Virus record (IMG/VR): IMGVR_UViG_3300025108_004750
Source: an uncultured virus (IMG/VR IMGVR_UViG_3300025108_004750)
Lineage: Duplodnaviria > Heunggongvirae > Uroviricota > Caudoviricetes
Strand: one strand, 5' to 3'
DNA: 20,000 bases
A program made the translations under genes and the position numbers. The notes beneath the pieces were generated by a model, which was given only the letters and a program-made list of their open reading frames with translations, was not told the origin of the DNA and did not search any database. The first letter of the stretch is position 1; every line of letters begins with the position of its first letter. Positions 16,781 through 20,000 of the stretch are shown here, one piece after another.

Positions 16781-17558
16781 AAAACAAACAGGTAGAACAC
16801 TATGGATATACGGAGACAGTTTCGCAGTTGACTGGAAGGTTGATTGGGGTTGGCAAAGACAAGCGGCTGTTATGCTAGATGTAGATAGAGTTGTTAACCA
16901 AGCATGTGCTGGTTCATCAAATGAATGGAGTGCTATGCAGTTGCGTAACGACGAACAAAAGCCCGGAGACATTGTTGTGTTCTTTACTACAGAAAACTCT
17001 CGTCAATGGTTCTTTGAAGATAGACCCTATCTCTCAAACCTTGCTAGTATTACTGACACACAAGATGCCAAAGAACTAGAACGAGCAGAGCCAGAAAAGT
17101 ATCGTGCTATCATGGACTACTGGTTACACCTACAGCGTGATGACGTTGATCAACTGCGTATGGAACATATGATTGACAGCATACGTGTACAGACCATCGA
17201 AGGCGAACTGAGACTAATAGTAATTCCAAGTTTTATTTCAAACATGAGCTTTACTGACCTTATACCTGTGTATGGCAACATGACCTTTAGTGTGTGCGAT
17301 GGTGAGTTTGCAAATGAACAAGAAATGAGACTGTGGTACAATCAATCAATTGATACTAGAGCCAATCACATGACACTAGCAAATCATGGAGTGTTTGCAC
17401 GTAAACTAGTGACCAGTCTAGATGAAGGTAAGCCTTTGGATCTTGAATCAGGATTTGATCGTGGTATGCTCACACACAAAGACAAACTCACACACCCAGG
17501 ATTGTTGCCAGAGTTAATTGAAATGGCACGAGCACCTGGCAATACTATTCCAAAATAG
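16773..17558 (+). CDS. SGNH/GDSL hydrolase-like protein
   Basis: IYGDSF (block I), NQACAGSSN (block II) and NHMT..NH (block V-like). Confidence 0.6.
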   Translation: MDRKQTGRTLWIYGDSFAVDWKVDWGWQRQAAVMLDVDRVVNQACAGSSNEWSAMQLRNDEQKPGDIVVFFTTENSRQWFFEDRPYLSNLASITDTQDAKELERAEPEKYRAIMDYWLHLQRDDVDQLRMEHMIDSIRVQTIEGELRLIVIPSFISNMSFTDLIPVYGNMTFSVCDGEFANEQEMRLWYNQSIDTRANHMTLANHGVFARKLVTSLDEGKPLDLESGFDRGMLTHKDKLTHPGLLPELIEMARAPGNTIPK

Positions 17559-17559
17559 G

Positions 17560-17588
17560 TTGACAAACAAAGCAAAATAGTATAATAT
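17560..17588 (+). promoter_or_regulatory. Sigma70-type promoter TTGACA-N17-TAATAT (or N15-TATAAT), probably leaderless
   Basis: -35 at 17560-17565, AT-rich -10 at 17581-17588, ATG at 17596, no Shine-Dalgarno. Confidence 0.7.
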
Positions 17589-17595
17589 ATATAAA

Positions 17596-17982
17596 ATGAA
17601 CATAACACCAATATTCGCTGTAGCAATACTATTGCCACAGGTCACGGATAATAGGTACTTGCAATTATTAATTCCTTTGTTACTGATGTTGACAAAGGAT
17701 TTTTTTATTGGTTTCCATTCACTGATGCTTCCTGTATATGCTTGTACAATACTGTTTTGTTTGTTTGGCAAATACTTTAAACCAATCACAGCTACATTCA
17801 CAGGAGTGTTTTTGTGGCACATAGTGGTGAACTGGGCAGTATGGTATTCATATGGCGGCGATCTACTACAAACATATATCCAAGCTATTCCCTTTGATTT
17901 TAATCTATTAGTTAGTACGTTGATATGTGTACTAATAGGAGACTTATGTATAAAATATTACTATCGCTATTATTCTTATTAA
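17596..17982 (+). CDS. Small inner-membrane transporter, DUF6580/BtuM-like (ECF S-component-like)
   Basis: Hydrophobic 128-aa protein with NITPIFAVA, PLLLML.KD.FIGFH, VVNWAVW and YIQAIPF..N.L motifs, which I recall from the DUF6580 family. Overlaps the downstream receptor gene. Confidence 0.65.
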   Translation: MNITPIFAVAILLPQVTDNRYLQLLIPLLLMLTKDFFIGFHSLMLPVYACTILFCLFGKYFKPITATFTGVFLWHIVVNWAVWYSYGGDLLQTYIQAIPFDFNLLVSTLICVLIGDLCIKYYYRYYSY

Positions 17983-19715
17983 TGGCAACGCCTGCAAAGG
18001 CAACACTTGAATTAACAATCTATATGATACGTAGTGCAACAGATGCTACTACTGCTACAACAACATATGACTACGTTGACTCATACACTATTAGTCATAC
18101 CAATAGTACAGACTTTGTGCAAGCAGTAAACACAGTTACAGGACTCAATCTAGTACAAAGCGGACCAACAGGACAGAATGTTAGTTTGTTTATGCGTGGT
18201 GGCGACAGCAATCACACACTGGTAACTATGAACGGACTACCAATAGGTGATGCTAGTACAACCAACGGACTACATGACTTTGGTAACAACTTCATGGGTA
18301 CTATTACAGCAATAGAAATAGTCAAGAACCCAAGTGGTGCAATGGTAGGTCCTAACTCAATAGGTGGTGTAGTAAACTTTATTACAGGTGATGTATATGA
18401 AAGTAGTATAGACTTTGGCATAGCATCAAACGACACACGTAGCGTTAGAGCAAAAACTTTTACAACTGTAGACAATACTGTGGTCAGCATAAGCATAGAT
18501 GGTACCCAATCAGATGGTATCAGTGTTGTACCCAACGGTGCAGAGTCAGATGGCTATGATGCACGTAGCATTAATGTTACTACCAACACTCTTACTGAAT
18601 CAGGCAAACTAAAGACCAGTCACACAGTAACCAACAACAACAGTGACCTAGACACAACTGTGGACGACCCAGACTACACAGCAACAGTAGGCTCACACAT
18701 ACACAGCGTACACTACACACAGGGCAACTCAAGCCTAGCATATGGATACAGTGCATATGACAGAACATACACAAACGGTTCAGAGACAGACACTTACGAT
18801 AGCAAAAGACACACCCTATTGGGTACGTATACAATCACAGGCAATGGTGTTGATATAGTACCTGGCATAGAATATTCACATGTGAGTGCAGACTTCAACA
18901 ACACAGGCTCATACGCCAGCAGTGTAGATGCATGGGAATACAACACAGCAGTATTTGTAAACACCAATTGGATTGCAACAGAAGATTGGATCATAAGCAC
19001 AGGTGTTAGACAGGACACACTAGAAGACTATGATGACTATACAACTGCACGTATAGGATCAAGTTACAGTGTGACCAGTGATCTACAACTGCGTACCAAC
19101 TGGAGCAACAGTGTGCGTACACCTACACTGTATGAACGCTATGGTGCAGACAACTATGGATACACCGGCAACACACAACTTGAAGTAGAACGTGGATCTA
19201 CAGTTGATGTTGGCTTCACACTGGGTACATTAGATGTTGTATACTACACAACTTGGATAGACAATGCAATAACATACGGCAATAGCACATACACAAACAC
19301 TCGTGGAACAAGCACACGCAAGGGTGTTGAACTGGAGTATGCACAGGATCTCTCACACCAGTGGCATCACACTATAGGCGCTCATTGGAGTGTAGCACAA
19401 GACAGTTCGCACACGCAACTACTGCGTAGACCTCGTTGGCGTATAAACAACAGCCTATCAAAGACTGTGGACACAGCTAGTACAACACTAGCACACACCT
19501 ACACAGGTGCTCACCGGGATCTAGATGCAAGCACATACCTTGCCAAGACAATGCCAGGTGTGCATACGTTTGATCTACATCACACAGTATACTTTAACAC
19601 CACCCAAAGCATAAGTGCAAGCATACGCAATATCACAGATGAATCATACCAACAACCAGACGGCTATGCACAGGCAGGACGTAACTTTGCTATTACATAT
19701 AGCGTGAAATTTTAA
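17946..19715 (+). CDS. btuB: TonB-dependent outer membrane receptor, BtuB (cobalamin receptor)-like
   Basis: Signal peptide MYKILLSLLFLLMATPAKA from ATG 17946. Plug SGPTGQNVSLFMRGGDSNHTLV..NG, GGVVNFIT, PTLYE.YG..GN..L..E, LLRRPR, NITDESYQ...GY...GR and a terminal Phe. TonB-dependent receptor call is secure; B12 specificity is inferred. Confidence 0.8.
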   Translation: MYKILLSLLFLLMATPAKATLELTIYMIRSATDATTATTTYDYVDSYTISHTNSTDFVQAVNTVTGLNLVQSGPTGQNVSLFMRGGDSNHTLVTMNGLPIGDASTTNGLHDFGNNFMGTITAIEIVKNPSGAMVGPNSIGGVVNFITGDVYESSIDFGIASNDTRSVRAKTFTTVDNTVVSISIDGTQSDGISVVPNGAESDGYDARSINVTTNTLTESGKLKTSHTVTNNNSDLDTTVDDPDYTATVGSHIHSVHYTQGNSSLAYGYSAYDRTYTNGSETDTYDSKRHTLLGTYTITGNGVDIVPGIEYSHVSADFNNTGSYASSVDAWEYNTAVFVNTNWIATEDWIISTGVRQDTLEDYDDYTTARIGSSYSVTSDLQLRTNWSNSVRTPTLYERYGADNYGYTGNTQLEVERGSTVDVGFTLGTLDVVYYTTWIDNAITYGNSTYTNTRGTSTRKGVELEYAQDLSHQWHHTIGAHWSVAQDSSHTQLLRRPRWRINNSLSKTVDTASTTLAHTYTGAHRDLDASTYLAKTMPGVHTFDLHHTVYFNTTQSISASIRNITDESYQQPDGYAQAGRNFAITYSVKF

Positions 19716-19719
19716 AAAG

Positions 19720-19746
19720 CCACCGTTTAATTCACCCACCATTTAA
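19720..19746. repeat. Direct repeat CCACCRTTTAA x2, 16-bp period
   Basis: CCACCGTTTAA at 19720-19730 and CCACCATTTAA at 19736-19746. Confidence 0.7.
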
Positions 19747-19771
19747 ATAGTCTGTCGTGCATGAAAAACAC

Positions 19772-19871
19772 GCCTATATGGCTCTTAAATTGCACTTAAG
19801 GCAAAAAGCTATACATTGTACTGCCTAAGCGAACTTCACCTGTTAAACACCTATTTAATACACATATAGGC
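19772..19871. repeat. Nested inverted repeats forming a ~100-nt branched stem-loop
   Basis: GCCTATATG (19772-19780)/CATATAGGC (19863-19871), TTAAAT (19785-19790)/ATTTAA (19853-19858), and inner CTTAAGGCA (19795-19803)/TGCCTAAG (19822-19829). Confidence 0.7.
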
Positions 19872-19890
19872 ACCATGTACATAAGAACAA

Positions 19891-19935
19891 AGCCGCGAAG
19901 CGGTAACGCAGATCACGCACAGCTACGAAGTAGTT
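19891..19935 (+). repeat. Two GAA-triloop mini-hairpins 30 nt apart
   Basis: AG-CCGC-GAA-GCGG-T (19891-19904) and AG-CTAC-GAA-GTAG-T (19921-19934). Confidence 0.75.
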
Positions 19936-20000
19936 TCGCAGAAAAATCGGAAGCAGAAATTGAACCTCTTGGCACACACAGTTTGCACACACTAGCTACA

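Noticed and set aside
17500..17600. Cobalamin riboswitch upstream of the putative B12 module
   Set aside because: Only 37 nt separate the genes and they are filled by the promoter. No B12-box-like sequence is visible here or in 19716-20000.
17925..17945. ORF-track start of the TonB-dependent receptor (MCTNRRL)
   Set aside because: ATG 17946 gives a canonical signal peptide and follows AGGAGA.
783..19018. Many short minus-strand and alternate-frame ORFs in the track (e.g. 2449-2937, 11886-12185, 17514-17822, 18212-18535)
   Set aside because: They are shadows of well-supported plus-strand genes and show no recognisable motifs.
19716..20000. tRNA, CRISPR array or protein-coding gene in the terminal region
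   Set aside because: No cloverleaf or T-loop consensus and no repeat-spacer periodicity. Only very short ORFs were found; a gene ending just inside the window edge cannot be fully excluded.
1..20000. Stop-codon reassignment as seen in some large phages
   Set aside because: Genes are full length and tightly packed under the standard code, and TAA, TAG and TGA all serve as stops.
1..20000. Bacterial chromosome origin, suggested by kdsA, kdsB, hemE, def and btuB
   Set aside because: These genes are interleaved with T4-like uvsW, gp62-, gp61- and gp41-like genes and phage-type hypotheticals, not in cellular operon contexts. No capsid gene is in the window, so viral origin remains an inference.

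Overview
AT-rich, gene-dense, almost entirely plus-strand segment that reads as part of a large T4-like/jumbo-type tailed phage infecting a Gram-negative host (inferred from gene content; no database search was run). Replication genes are scattered: UvsW-like SF2 helicase, gp62-like clamp-loader small subunit, a 184-aa miniature DnaE-like polymerase core, primase and DnaB/gp41-like helicase. Between them are many auxiliary metabolic genes: YhhQ preQ0/queuosine-precursor transporter, kdsA-hemE-kdsB, two cupins, a 2OG-Fe(II) oxygenase, peptide deformylase, a Kae1-domain-only carbamoyltransferase, a nitrilase-family enzyme and an SGNH-like protein. The most striking element is a two-gene unit behind its own sigma70-like promoter: a small DUF6580/BtuM-like membrane protein plus a BtuB-like TonB-dependent receptor. 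This is a candidate phage-encoded vitamin B12 uptake system, found in the same window as hemE. Other points: several small ORFs missed by the ORF track (one with a SutA-like RNAP-binding motif), near-consensus sigma70 promoters placed for leaderless mRNAs, and a structured non-coding end region with nested inverted repeats and two covarying GAA-triloop hairpins.
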